Counted from the stretch's first letter, positions 26,180 through 39,376 are shown. The stretch is DNA of 64,000 bases from Octopus sinensis (GCF_006345805.1 NC_042999.1:58776001-58840000); one strand, 5' to 3'. Notes: generated from the sequence alone by a model not told the origin. Numbers and translations: made by a program.

Positions 26180-26504
26180 GTAAAAACTTGTACAAAAAGT
26201 TTTTTAATATAATTATAAATATAATTAAGGGTTTAGCAACAAGTTGCTTCACCACATACCGAAAATTTATAAATAGCAGCCAAAAAGCAGCTAATTCTTT
26301 TAACTACAAAAGTCTGTGGTGTCATATTTGTAGTTAAAACAATTAGCTGTCTTTTGGTGAAGCGGAATCAAGTAGAATGAATTTTAGAATGGAGAGGTTA
26401 AAGTTTTCGTTTGTGTGTGGACAGAACAAAACAAATTTTGCTTCTCTCTAAATAATGTTTCGTATTATTTGGCGTTTAGTGTATATTTTAAGGTTGTCTT
26501 CCAA

Positions 26505-26690
26505 TTTTACTTCCGCCCTAGCGAAAGCTAAGGTATTGTTTCCAGTCGCGTTTGTTTGTTTGTCTGTGGACAAGATATCTCAAGAACCGCTGGGTGGTTT
26601 CGTGATGTTTGGTATTGTGACTTGTACGAATAGATTAGATTTTCGCAGAGGCAAAACTTGTGTATGTATGGGATTTCTTATCTAAAGCGC
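26505..26690 (+). mobile_element. 5' fragment of a HINE/DINE-1-like (Helentron-associated) repeat
   Basis: ttacttccgccctagcgaaagc..ggtattg start, gtttgtttgtttgtctgt tract, then acaagatatctcaagaaccgctgg; a layout I associate with HINE-type elements. Confidence 0.4.
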
Positions 26691-26959
26691 TGATGGAATA
26701 AATACAGTTTAACGACAAAATATTATAGAATTCTTTAGCTGATACAGAAACTGTCAACAAGCCAATAATATATTATAGCGACTGAAGACGGCTGTTGTTA
26801 ATGACATCAGAGCACACATAAATTTGAATATATCAAGTAGAACAGGGAAAAGAAAGCCGTTAGTAGTTCTTCACAAAGTTCGATACCGGAGAGTTCTTAT
26901 TCTAATATTACGATTAAAGAAAAATCTCATTCTTTACATTTATAAAGCGGTATGCATAT

Positions 26960-27168
26960 TCGTTTCAAGTTTTTTGCACAAGGCCAGACATTTTGGGGGA
27001 GGTGGTAAGTTGATTACGTTGACCCCCCAATGTTCAATTGGTATGCATTTTTCGACCCTGAAAGGATGAAAGGCAAATCGAGCCCGGCAGAATTTGAACT
27101 CAGAACGTAAAGACGGACGCATAGCATTTTGCCCGGCGTGCTAACGATTCTGCCAGCACCCCACCTCG
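26960..27168 (-). mobile_element. SINE family S2
   Basis: Reverse complement of the S2 head and body. Confidence 0.85.
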
Positions 27169-27589
27169 ATCTTAATTGTCATACTTAGGAGGGAAGCGTT
27201 AGATGATTGTTGCACTCCCGTCTCTTACCTTTGTTCTAATACAAGAGGGTCTTAGAAATATAGTTAGGCGTCTGAGGAGTCGATTAATATCAATCAGGAC
27301 TATGTCTCTGCTACGTTTGTACAAACAGATCAGGAAGAATAATGTTGCCCGCGAGAGCCTTTTCTTTAGATCCTTGCTTCATTACCTAAAAAATAGTCAT
27401 AGATATCAAGGAATTTTGTATATTCTCAATATTCACGATATGCACCTTCTTCCCATTATAGAATGAGAGAACGGTCTCCACCACTAGCAGATATCCAGCA
27501 TCTGGAATGATAGCTAATTCTTCGCAACTGAGGGAATATTTCGCATTTTGCTGGTTTATTTCTTTTCCTTGCGTAATTCTGTTTTCTTT

Positions 27590-27985
27590 CGTGCTCTCAC
27601 TCTCTCTCGCTCTCTCTCTCACTCTATCACTTACTCGCTCGCTCACTCACTCATTCACTCACTCACTCACTCACTCACTCACTCACTCACTCACTCACTC
27701 TATCACTCACTCACACACTCATCCTCTCACTCACTCACTCTATCACTCACTCACTCACTCGCTCACTCACTCGCTCATCACTCACTCACTCACTCTCTCT
27801 CTCACTCTATCACTCACTCACTCACACACACACACTCGCTCGCTCACTCACTCTCTCACTCACTCACTCACCCACTCACTCACTCACTCGTCGCTCACTC
27901 ACACACTCACTCATTCACTCACTCACTCACTCGCTCACTCTATCACTCACTCTATCACTCACTCACTCACTCACTCACTTTCTCT
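27590..27985. repeat. (CTCA)n-based compound microsatellite
   Basis: Direct reading. Confidence 0.95.
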
Positions 27986-28291
27986 AACAATCTGTGTTTT
28001 ATATATATTCTTAGAGTTGCATATAGTTCACGACTGAGCTGTACAGATTTATAAATGCTTACATATTGACACACATGTGTCACCCACAGATACACTTACA
28101 TCCATGTATGCACGTATGAGCGTGTTATGTATATGTTTGTACGTATGTATGGATGTGTGTGGGTGCGTGTGTTTGCGTGTTTCTGTGTATCAAGCCATAA
28201 CACCTTAGTGTTAATAGTAGGCGTAGTGGTAGCAACAGCAGCAACAGCAGCAGCAGTAGTAGTATTTATAATAATAGTAGTAGTAGTAGTG

Positions 28292-28324
<33 letters not shown>

Positions 28325-28365
28325 TATAAGTTCTGCTGCTGTAGCGGCTTTTGCTAAAGTGCAGC

Positions 28366-28399
<34 letters not shown>

Positions 28400-28456
28400 A
28401 GTAGTAGTAGTAGTATATAAGTTCTGCTGCTGTAGCGGCTTTTGCTAAAGTGCAGC

Positions 28457-28488
<32 letters not shown>

Positions 28489-29419
28489 AAGCAGCCATCG
28501 CAGCAGATTTTGTTGCTGCGCCAGCTTTTGCTAAAGGTTGAAGAGCAAATGAATCAAACTAATTAAGAATTACAAAGCAGTTGATTGAGTTCGGCAAACT
28601 TTGGGATGCAGACGAGTTGTCCTGTTATCGGGAGCTAGACTATTTCTTTCATAATATCAGCTACAGTTATATCGCCTTTCGATTAACAAGGCAATTGAAG
28701 TGCTGTGCCCACACTAATGAATGTTGGTTCTCTAGTATTAGGTACGGTTCCTCAGTGTCGTAAAGAAAACTATCATCTCAATATGGTACCCAACAGGCAA
28801 CATTCTCTTCACTGAAAAACGTTTCAGGCTCATCTGCATCGGGCGCCATCTGTAGCTTTGTAATCCTCTTCCTCTACTAGACACCCCTCATCTTCCAAAA
28901 CATAATTTTTAGCATTTGATTTGATTTGCTGTATTGTTCTTCATTCGTCTATCATTTACACATTCGATGTGTAGAGAGCAGAGTTCGATTAGCAGTGAAT
29001 TCACCAAGGAATTGTTAGTTTGAAGCAGTGTCTATGCTTTTTCTTAAAACATTTGTATCCGCCAAAGCCTGTATGTATATATATATATATATATATATTT
29101 ATTTGGTGAATAGATGCAATGACATAGTGGGTACTGCAATGATCTGCGAGGAATTCCTTCATCTTTTCTTTGAGGAGATCATACCTTTAACCTTCTGGCT
29201 GGTTCTTAATTGTGTTTAGAGAGAGTCAACCATCTTAAGCATTCGTGTCAGGGCTCCGGTTTGACGATAATTTTTTCCATTCCGCCAGTTCGAGAAAAAA
29301 CTCATGGGCAATGTCCTTCATTACATGAATAAAAGAATATACATGTACAGAATATGTCAGCCACAATTAGTTACGATAAAATTGATGTGTTTGTGTGTGT
29401 GCGCGTGTGTATAGATGTA

Positions 29420-29820
29420 TATATAATATCGCAGTCCTGCTATCACAGTAATGACCAAACCATCAGATGCTATTGTACTCCGCTGGTCATGGGGCACTTC
29501 CAGTTCCATCCTGATTGCACTATTCTCTTATCTCTCCACCAAAATTGCTCATCTAAATCATTATCTTTCTATCGCCACAGAATCCTTCCAAGTAGCCTTT
29601 TCCGACAATGACTTGGCAACTGAGCGCGTCCACCAATTCTCTGCGGGTCTTGTAACATTTTCGACCAAGCAGGAATTGTACATTTTAGCATTCTTCTACC
29701 ACATCCTTCACTTCGCACCATTCTCAAATTATCACATCTCGAATATGCTCTCCAAATAATATTCTTAGCATGGACCATCCCTTGCTCCTTTGCAATTGTA
29801 GCCAATCCATTCTCTACCCT
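29420..29820 (-). mobile_element. Degenerate RTE-like LINE fragment (C-terminal region)
   Basis: Minus-strand pieces RLLGRILWR*KDN, EIRE.C and WFGH in the order expected for RTE C-termini. Confidence 0.45.
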
Positions 29821-29957
29821 GTTTGTAGCACCTCACGTTTCGCTTGTACATAAGAGCGCAGTTTGAATTGTGCTACTGAAGAGTCGGGACGTATAGAATG
29901 GTCTCTTTTGAGCTTGTTCTTTATAAAGATAAACTTCTATGTTGCCTTTGCTCTGTT

Positions 29958-29992
<35 letters not shown>

Positions 29993-30162
29993 GTGTGTGT
30001 ATATATGTATACATATGTATATATATATATGTTTGTGTGTATATATAGGGTATATATATATCTATATATAAAGGGAAAGTTTACGAAAATAAACAAAAGA
30101 CGAAGGCAGGTGGTGTACAAACAAACAGATGTATTAGTATAGCGCTCAGGAATAGAAAAAGT

Positions 30163-30198
30163 CTTTTACGTTTCGAGCCTACGCTCTTCTACAGAAAG
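30163..30198 (-). ncRNA. Minimal type I hammerhead-like motif, core CUGUAGA
   Basis: cttt CTGTAGA a gagc-gtag-gctc GAAAC GTA aaag. Confidence 0.55.
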
Positions 30199-30574
30199 GT
30201 ACACAGAAAAGACAAGGAGAGAAAAAAATGTGTGTAGTAGCTAACGATCTATCATTGCGTCTGATATATATATGCATGCTCAAAAGATATATATATACGT
30301 ATATATAATGTGTGTATATATGTATATAGTGTCTATATATGTGTATCTTTGTGGAGAGTGTGTGTGTATGTTCTATGCTCAGTTATAGTAACATGAGCAA
30401 TATTCTGTCTTACCTTACAGCAAGTTGGGTAACTTTATGAAGCTATAAGGACTTGCAAAATCTTTTCCCACGATAAAATTTTGCCAAGAGTTAACAGTGT
30501 ATTATCAGAGAGTTGACTACATTATCAAAGTTCACAGGATTTTCCCGCTTATTATAATGTGACTACAGGTATCT

Positions 30575-30785
30575 TTTCTTCTTCTTCTTCTTCTTCTTCT
30601 TCTTCTTCTTCTTCTTCTTCTTCTTCTTCTTCTTCTTCTTCTTCTTCTTCTTCTTCTTCTTCTTCTTCTTCTTCTTCTTCTTCTTCTTCTTCTTCTTCTT
30701 CTTCCTCTCCTCCTCTACTTGCTGCTCCCACTGTACTCCTTGTACCAGCGTTGCCTGCCTGTCTGTCTGACTCTCTGGCAGACTG

Positions 30786-30852
<67 letters not shown>

Positions 30853-30855
30853 GTC
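30575..30855. repeat. (TCT)n tract followed by (TCTA)n
   Basis: Direct reading. Confidence 0.95.
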
Positions 30856-31200
30856 TGTCTATTAATAGGGGTTCTTTTCATTCCTCGCTAATCCATGCAG
30901 GTTTATAAATTGTAAATAAATATGGGCACCCATATACATAACCTGCATATATAAACACGCATACATGTAGGGGTGATTGTGCACATACAAACACACAGAC
31001 ATACACACGCACGGATATATTCATATACATACATAGTCATCATCATCGCCGTTCGTATAATTATATATATATATGTATATAGGTATCTACTACGAAACAC
31101 CTGTCTCACATCCTATAACGAACTTGAAAGTAATAGTAGCAGTAATAGTTGTAGCAGCAGTAACAGCAGCAGAAGTATTAGTAGTAGTAGTAGTAGTAGC

Positions 31201-31249
<49 letters not shown>

Positions 31250-31969
31250 TATAAGTTCGGCTGCTGTGGCGGCTTTTGCTAAAGGTTGAATAGCAAATTA
31301 ATCAAACTAATTAAGAAGCAGAAAGCAGTTGGTTTATATATTTATTTAATTAGACAATATTTATCTAAGAAGTCGGTTAAAATATTTATAAAGATTCTTT
31401 ATCCTGTTCACTAATTACTAATGCTAACTCATTACAGATCTAGAAATTAGAGAAGAAATTCTGGGAAAACAAGCTCTGGGCATGGCTTGTTCGTTAAGAA
31501 GATTTCTCTGCAACGATATTGATCCGCGTTCAATCCTAATGCACTGAACCATGAACTTGATAGGTGAAGTAATTATCAGAGGCGCTTTGTAGTTTAAAAT
31601 TAGAATATATATGAGATTCTACACTTGTATTCTCTCAACGTTGCTTTTATATATACAAAATCATCCCTTTTTAACCTTTTCGTTTCTCAATATACGTACA
31701 TCATCACCATGACCCGGTCACATTGCTTGCAAGGATTCCGTAAATCTCTTTCACTGTCTCACTCTATTGTTTATCATATTCAAGAGGTGAGAGGTATTGC
31801 AGTATATGTCACAATTCTGCTTGAGATTAGTTCTGTCTTGTCGTCCGCTATTAGTTCTTACTTGTATAGGCTCACACAAAGGAACTTCACTTACTGCCCT
31901 ACGAATACGGTCTTTGATGATATCTGATACTAGATAAAGTTTTACATCTCACCATAAAATGCTCACAGC

Positions 31970-32910
31970 AAAGATTTGAATGCACCTTGGTAAACAAAGT
32001 AAAAATTGATAACAACTTCAAAAATCATGTTTAGGCTTCCCTAAGGAATCGAGACATTCCCAACAGGTGCACCGTATCAGTGAGAAATAGCATTAGTTGT
32101 CTCCTTCAAATGTGCAATGATGCAACATCGAACATATACGAGGAATTCGTTATAGCAGAAAAGTAGCTACAGAAGAGCATATTCCAATGAAACTTAAAAC
32201 AAGAAAATATGTTCAATGGGAAAACTAAGAGATAAGACAAAAGAGACAAATACTCCAAGTTGCTGCAGAATTAAAGAATATAGTGCTTACAAGAAGTAAT
32301 AGAAAACGTTATGTAGAAGATGTATTTGATACATATCTCGCGGTTCAACGAGAATTTATTTAATTCACCAAAAATCACACTAGTTCACTCCTCAATTGAA
32401 AATAAAAATCCTGCAACAACCTGTCAGACCATTAATGAAATAAGTGGAAGGAAAGAATCAATCCGAGTCAAAACTCAAAAAGGAATCGCTACAAATGTGG
32501 AAAAACCACTTCCAAAATCTCATCGGAAAAACTCCAGACGTAGTCGATACGTCTATATCACAAATATCAGAACAACTCATTATCAAATGCGGAGACTTTA
32601 CAAATTCTGGATTGGAAACAGTTCTAAGAACATCGAACTCGAACAGAGCACCTGGCCTTGATGTAATACCACATGAACTATGGACAACCAAGTAATTTAA
32701 TGTTATTCTTTTAAAGTTCTGCAATGGTGTATATAACCAAACAACATATAAACAGGGGCTAAGGAATGTATCCCCACTTTTCTCAAAGAAGCGAGTCTTG
32801 GTGTACCAAAAACCTACAGAGGAATAACCATTAAAAGTTTATACTTGTACTCTACTTAACCGCATACGTAAAAAAATCGGAAAGGTGTTGAGAGAAAATG
32901 GCCTAGAATT
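31970..32910 (+). mobile_element. Degenerate RTE-clade LINE fragment (linker to start of RT)
   Basis: QTINEISGRK, MWKNHFQNLIG, RAPGLDVIPHELW, ILLKFCNGVYNQ, YRGIT and LLNRIR, with frameshifts. Confidence 0.8.
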
Positions 32911-33102
32911 ACTAATAGATGGACAATGTTAAAGGACACCAAAATATATCAGTATCTGAGGAAAATCTCTCAACAGTGGTGGTGGCATTACTAAATGCCC
33001 ATGTCTGACTCCTTGGTATTCCTCAGCAGCGAGTATCCACTGGAAACTGCAAGCTACATACATATATAAACACATACACACATAAAATGATGCATATATG
33101 AA

Positions 33103-33315
33103 AGGCGGCGAGCTGGCAGAATCGTTAGCACGCCTGACGAAATGCTTAGCGGTATTTCGTCTGTCTTTACGTTCTGAGTTCAAATTCCGTTGAGCTCGAC
33201 TTTGCCTCTTATCCTTTCGGGGTCGATAAATTAAGTACTAGTTGCGTACTGACGCTTATCTAATCGACTGGCCCCCTCCCCCAAAATTCCGGGCTTTGTG
33301 TCTTGAGTAGAAAAT
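33103..33315 (+). mobile_element. SINE family S2 (alternative tail)
   Basis: aggcggcgagctggcagaatcgttagc head; tail ctaatcgactggccccctccc. Confidence 0.9.
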
Positions 33316-34316
33316 AGTGGCGTATATATGAATGTGTGTGTACGCATAAAAGTTTCGGCGAGAGATAGTAAAAGACCTACTACCACGAACGACAATTCTT
33401 CGTTACAATTTATTCCGGTTGCCCTTAGTCCCCTTTCCACGTGTCATTAAACTTATAATATCAGTGCAATTCATAAACTTGATATAATGTACTAAAAATT
33501 ATTGCAAATCAGTGCTCTTCGTGCGGTTTAATTCCAATTACTGAGACCAATAAAAGAAAGCATAGCTCAGTTAATATATTTTCTCATGAGACGTATGTTT
33601 CATACGACCCTATTAATCAGGAGTTTATGATGCTTCTAATAATCCTAATTACTTGAAGTTCAAATGATCTCGTATATAACGTATATGAAATATATGTGTA
33701 ACGTATATGAAAGCAAAGACAGCAATTTCTATATAAAAATACTCTTTTATCTTTCGGAACTTTACTTTTAATATCTTTACGAAAGATAGGCGGCGAGATG
33801 GCAGAATGGCTCTCTACCTGTGACTAAGGAAGACCATCACTGATCATTGCGAAGGCGAAATGCCTGTATATGAGGTAATAGCACTCACATTCGGCTTCAG
33901 TGCGGCTCGCATCTGCAGCTATCATACTCATTATGGTACTCCCCTACCTAACTGGGCAGCAGAAAGTTGTCTCGCTGGTGACTGAAAATTGTAGGTTCAA
34001 TAAGGCTTGCACATAACCTCACGGGTCTTCACCATGCCAATGACATGAACCAGAGAAGGCAGGGCAAGATATCCAGTGCAAATATAGGTTGCAGGATCAA
34101 GTATGTTGGAACGCTATGTTTTCAAGCGCAAGAAAACCCTCAAAATGATCAGTGCCATTCCCTGCCTATCTAGTTTTATATCAGATTGAGCTTCTGTCAG
34201 ATACATGCTTTCACAAAAGTTAAGAAATATACGCATACATACATGCATACATCTATGACCAACCGTACACTTTGTTGGCTCCAGCATATTCAGTTATTAT
34301 ATATATGTATGTATGT

Positions 34317-34358
<42 letters not shown>

Positions 34359-34371
34359 TATATACATAGTC

Positions 34372-34530
34372 GCAGTCATAACTGTGTAACGAACTTCCTT
34401 CCTAACCACATGGTTCCGGGTTCAGTCTCACTGCTCTCACTTTGTGCAAGTGTCTACTACTATAGCCTCGGGCCGGCCAAAGCCTTCTGAGTGGATTTGG
34501 TAGACGGAAACTGAATGAACCCTGTCGTAT
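34372..34530 (+). mobile_element. SINE family S1, 5' half
   Basis: ccacatggttccgggttcagtc...ggtagacggaaactg. Confidence 0.8.
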
Positions 34531-34602
34531 ATATACATATGAAATCGTTGGCGATTTTTTTCCCTTCGTCTTCCTTTTCTGTTGGACTTTCTTTTGTCTC
34601 CT

Positions 34603-34637
34603 GTTTCTGAAGAAGACCTTTGCTCGAAAGCTGAAAC
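34603..34637 (+). ncRNA. Degenerate minimal hammerhead-like motif
   Basis: gttt CTGAAGA a gacc-ttt-gctc GAAA gctg aaac; mismatch in stem II and G at the cleavage position. Confidence 0.4.
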
Positions 34638-35111
34638 CACCTTTATTCCTTCCCTGAGCGTCTGCTTATACTTTACATGTACAACGTCCTCCAGCATTGC
34701 TAGAAATAACAGTCAAAACGACTCAATTAGCTAGAGAAAACACTACCAATAAGTTGACGAAATAGAGGAATCGAGAAAGGTCCGTACTGTAGTGAAAAAA
34801 GCTGCCTACTGCGGTAGCAGATATACCAATTTCACATGACTTCCAATTCTGATTCATTGAATCTCCTCAGAAGGGAAATTTTCTCACTACACTAAGGAGC
34901 TTTCTTGCTTCCTGTATTTCGTAAACTTAAGATAGTGCCATTTGTGGGTAATTGAGTAGTTTTGACTCTTGTTTCTAGCGATGGAGGTACTACTTTGTAC
35001 CCTTGTCACTTTACTGACGTTTTTTAATTTGTCTTGGGTTTAATTACTAATAAACCTCCTACGTTTAATATATATATGTGTGTGTGTGTGTGTATGTAAT
35101 ACATATATATG

Positions 35112-35198
<87 letters not shown>

Positions 35199-35409
35199 TT
35201 ATCCGAATCTATTTGTCTTCATGTAGTGTAAGGAAAGCGACACCAAAGGCACCATGATTTTAACGCTTAAAGATAATGAAAAATTTCTTAACGTTTGGGA
35301 TTTTGGAGCTTCATCGTAAGAAAAACAGTAACGAAAACCAACAGGGGAAGGATAAATGAGGCAAGACGTTTGGCAAAGAACGGAAACCAAAATATGTATG
35401 TGTGTGTAT

Positions 35410-35450
<41 letters not shown>

Positions 35451-35476
35451 GCGAAACGTCCCGCCTAAAAACAACA

Positions 35477-37475
35477 CTGATGGAGATCGAAAAAAGGCTG
35501 CAACAATCCTATGTGTAGGAGAAAGCAGACAAAGAAGCCTGGGTTATAAAAACATTAAATCAAACCCAAAGGCCTTCTTTCATTACGCGAAAGAAATAGT
35601 CTCAGTACACTACAAGATAGGACCCCTCCTCCAAAAGGATGGCTCCCTCACAGAGAGTCCAACTAAGATCAGTGAGATGCTGAATGACCAGTTCAGAAGT
35701 GTCTTTACAACCCCGTTGGAACACAGACAAGTGAACGAACCAGTGGACTTCTTTGCCGCCTCACCTATAACCAGCGAGGCGGTTACAATAGAATGTATTG
35801 ACATTAACGAAAAAGATGCCCTACTAGCCATAGATGAAGTGGACACAAACTCAGCTGCTGGTCCAGATGGTTTCCCAACCATCCTCCTCAAAGCGTGTAA
35901 GCATGCCCTGGCAAAACCCCTCAAGATTCTCTTCCAGAGCTTTCTTGCGAATGGCAAACTGCTAAGCAAGTTGAAGGAGGGAATAATATGCCCAATACAT
36001 AAAGGGGGGAAGTAGAGCAGATGCCAAAAACTATAGACCTATCTCTCTGACTTCACACATCAGCAAAGTCATGGAAATGATAGTCAGACAGAAACTAATC
36101 GCATTCCTTGAGGAAAATAACTTGCTGGGTGATACCCAGCATGGTTTTCGACCAGGTAGGAGCTGCCTGACCCAGCTCTTACAGCATTATGACTGGGTGT
36201 TGAGGCAGTTACTCAACAAATCAAATGTAGACGTAATCTACTTTGATTTTGCAAAAGCTTTTGACAAGGTGGATCATGGTATGATATGCCACAAACTGCG
36301 TGACCTCGGCATAGCTCGAAAACTTGGAGTGTGGTTGCATGACTTCCTGAAAGATAGGAGTCAGGCAGTAGTGGTTAAAGGAGCCACCTCTATGAACATA
36401 CAAATAGTGAGCGGTGTTCCACAGGGCACTGTCTTGGGACCACTGCTTTTTATAGTAGCTCTCTCAGATATGCCCTCAAATGCCCGGATAGCCACTCTGG
36501 CCAGCTATGCAGACGATACGAAAGTCTCGCAGAAAATACAGAACCCCAGCGATGTTGCACACCTGGACTCAATCTACAGATGGGCTGAAAATAATAATAT
36601 GCAGTTTAATGCTGAAAAATTCCAGGCCCTGCGCTACCAGCATCCAAAACTAAATATTAAACTTACAGGATACACCGGTCCACAGGGAATTTCAATCCCA
36701 GAGCATAAGTCTGTGAGAGACCTGGGTACCGACATGAGTGAGGATACCTCTTTCCAAGTGCACATTACTAGGATGGCGACAAAGTGCAGACGACTGGCTG
36801 GGTGGATCCTAAGAACATTCAGAACCAGAGATAAGGAAACCATGATGGTCCTCTGGCGGACATTCGTCCTCAGCCGCCTGGATTACTACTCACAGCTATG
36901 GTCACCCACCAGTGTAAAATTAACAGCGGACCTTGAAGCAATCCAGAGAAGATTCACAAAGAAGATCGTCTCTTTGCAACAGCTCAGCTACTGGGAAAGG
37001 TTGAAACATCTAAGACTCTACTCCCTGGAGAGAAGACGGGAGAGGTATGCAGTAATATATATCTGGAAGATCCTGGAAGGAATTGTGCCAAATTTTGGCA
37101 TTGTAAGCTACACCAATGCTAGAACGGGACGTCACTGCATAGTGCCAAAGATCCCAGCAATGCCATCGCGCTTCAGGACCAGCTTCTGCAACAGCCTGGG
37201 TTTCAAGGGCCCACAGCTTTTTAATATTCTCCCAAAAAGTCTGAGGAACTTGAACAAAGTAGATGTAGCGGTTTTTAAATCAAAGCTGGACATCTTCCTG
37301 TCAAGAGTCCCAGATGAACCTACCTCACGGCAGGAGGTGCAAATGAGAGTAGCTATATCAAACTCCATTCTTCACCAAGTGCCACATATTAGACGAGGTT
37401 CGTCGTAATAACAGTGTAGCACAAAACGGCGGTGCATCAGCATGGCCGCAGCTCTGAGCTGAAACTAGAAAAAAA
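35477..37475 (+). mobile_element. CR1-group LINE, 5'-truncated, with 3' UTR
   Basis: NIKSNPKAFFHYAK, AAGPDGFP, IHKGG / KNYRPISLTS followed by the RT domain; ends ...gagctgaaactagaaaaaaa. Confidence 0.93.
36071..37408 (+). pseudogene. LINE reverse transcriptase ORF (445 aa, uninterrupted)
   Basis: QHGFRPGRSC, DFAKAFDKVDH, SGVPQGTVLGPLLF, YADDT and RDLG; out of frame with the upstream ORF 35677-36015. Confidence 0.9.
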
Positions 37476-37659
37476 TATATATGTATACATATATATATAT
37501 ATATCATATAATGTATTTATGTACATATGCAAATGTATGTTTGTGTATGTGATGGCGATTACCATGTTTAAAGTAACAGTATTTCTCAAAAAATGAAAGA
37601 ATGCTTATGTTTCATGCGAAACTAAACAGCAATCGGTGATTTTTAGCAATTAAATTATA

Positions 37660-38320
37660 GTTAATTATTGAAATTCCCGCAAAATTTTAAATACTATTAT
37701 ATTAATGTTTACTGTAATATTTTCTCTTTACATGCTCTCACAAATTTTCTTTTGTTTTTTCATTCTCTCTTATTTTTTTCTCATTTTCCATCCCTTGTAT
37801 TCGTTCCCACTAGCTCTCTTTCTCGCTCGTCTTCTCTCGCGTTTTTACTCATTCTAAATTTTACTTATTCAATCGATAAATCACTCTCCCCTTTTCTATC
37901 TCTTACTCTCTATCACTCATTCTCTAATCCCTCTCGTCTTATTAAATTAATTCCACTCTTTCTCTTTTTCATTCTCTACACTAATATCTCACTTAATAAA
38001 TTCACCAGTCTTTTACACTTACTCTATTAATCTCATTCACTATCATTTTCCTTCACTCTATCTTCCCCTCAAACCTTTCATCTCTGCCACTATTGCTTCT
38101 ACGATTCCCCCTTTCTACCTCTCTTTAGTTCTCACTCGCTTTTACTTATACCCTTAACTGAACATTTTGACTCTATCACTGTCTAGCTCTCCTACTCTCC
38201 CTCTCTCTCAATGACTCGCTCATATTCACACACTTCCTTCTTTTCTCTTACCCCCCTCTCTCTCTCTCTGATATTTTCGCTGTTTCTCTCTTTCTACTTC
38301 TGTTGTGTTCTCTTTATCTA
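37660..38320. repeat. Pyrimidine-rich low-complexity tract
   Basis: CT-rich throughout, no fixed period. Confidence 0.7.
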
Positions 38321-39334
38321 TTTAAAACCGAGAAATGCTATTGAAAGTTAAAAAGTGATTTTTTCTACTGAAATATAATTGTAAATCTTCTGCGAAATAC
38401 GAACATAACACTTTGCGGTCAGGTACATATGAATATATATATATATGTGAGTGTGTGTATATGTGTGTGTGTGTTTGTGTGTGTGTGTGTATTGATACCA
38501 AGTGGCGACTTTTACAAACTAAGTTGAATGATGTCATTTTCTGACAACTAAAAAATCTCGAATCGCATTCCAAAAGTCACGAGATAAAGAAAAAGCTAAA
38601 AACCCATCAAAGACAGAAAGAAAAAAGAAAAGAAAAACACAAAGAAAATGGAAGAAATGTAGATAAGTAAAAAGTGGGTTTGTTTCAGATATTGAAGAAT
38701 AAACCAAAACTGCAAGAAAAAAAGTAAATAACAAAGGCATAAAGAAAGCAAAAAAAAAAGCATAAAAACAAAAGCAAAGAAGAGGACAGACAAAAATCTG
38801 AATTGCAAGGCTGTCATAGACAATCAAACGAAGTTGTTTCGATGCATTAATCGATATGTTTCTGTCTACCTAGATACGATATTGATTTCTTTTTGCGATT
38901 CCTTTAGGAAATTCGGAAATTTCATGCAAAGTATGAAAATATGACACAAAGAACATTTGAATGTTATGAGACGCTTCTGACAGCGAGCGTTTTCTATTTC
39001 GAAAGAATTCACTGTAATCTATTTAAGCCGAGTCCCTTCGGCACGAAACTGTCAATGGCTATTACAATGGTATTTGATGATGATAATTCCATAATTGAAA
39101 ACAGATTAAATATAGTAATTACCAAGTCTTTGCATCAACTTTTATTATTTCCGAATCCACACTTACTCAATTCACCTCCTCTGCGTGTATGAGTCTCTGC
39201 ACATGTACGCGTATATGAGTGTGTGTATATACGTATATACATAGGTGTGCGCCTGTACGTGTTAGTGTGTGCAGGTGTGTATATATATGCTTATATATAT
39301 GTTATGCATATATAAATATATATATACGTACACG

Positions 39335-39376
<42 letters not shown>

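Noticed and set aside
26780-26815. CTGAAGA followed by ggctg
   Set aside because: No closing stem II or GAAA; at best a fully decayed motif.
39020-39060. Hairpin gccga/tcggc followed by GAAACTGTC
   Set aside because: No CUGANGA core and no stem I.
38907-39192. About 94 open codons after a strong-looking acceptor (EIRKFHAKYENM...)
   Set aside because: No recognisable domain; an isolated ORF of this length is expected by chance.
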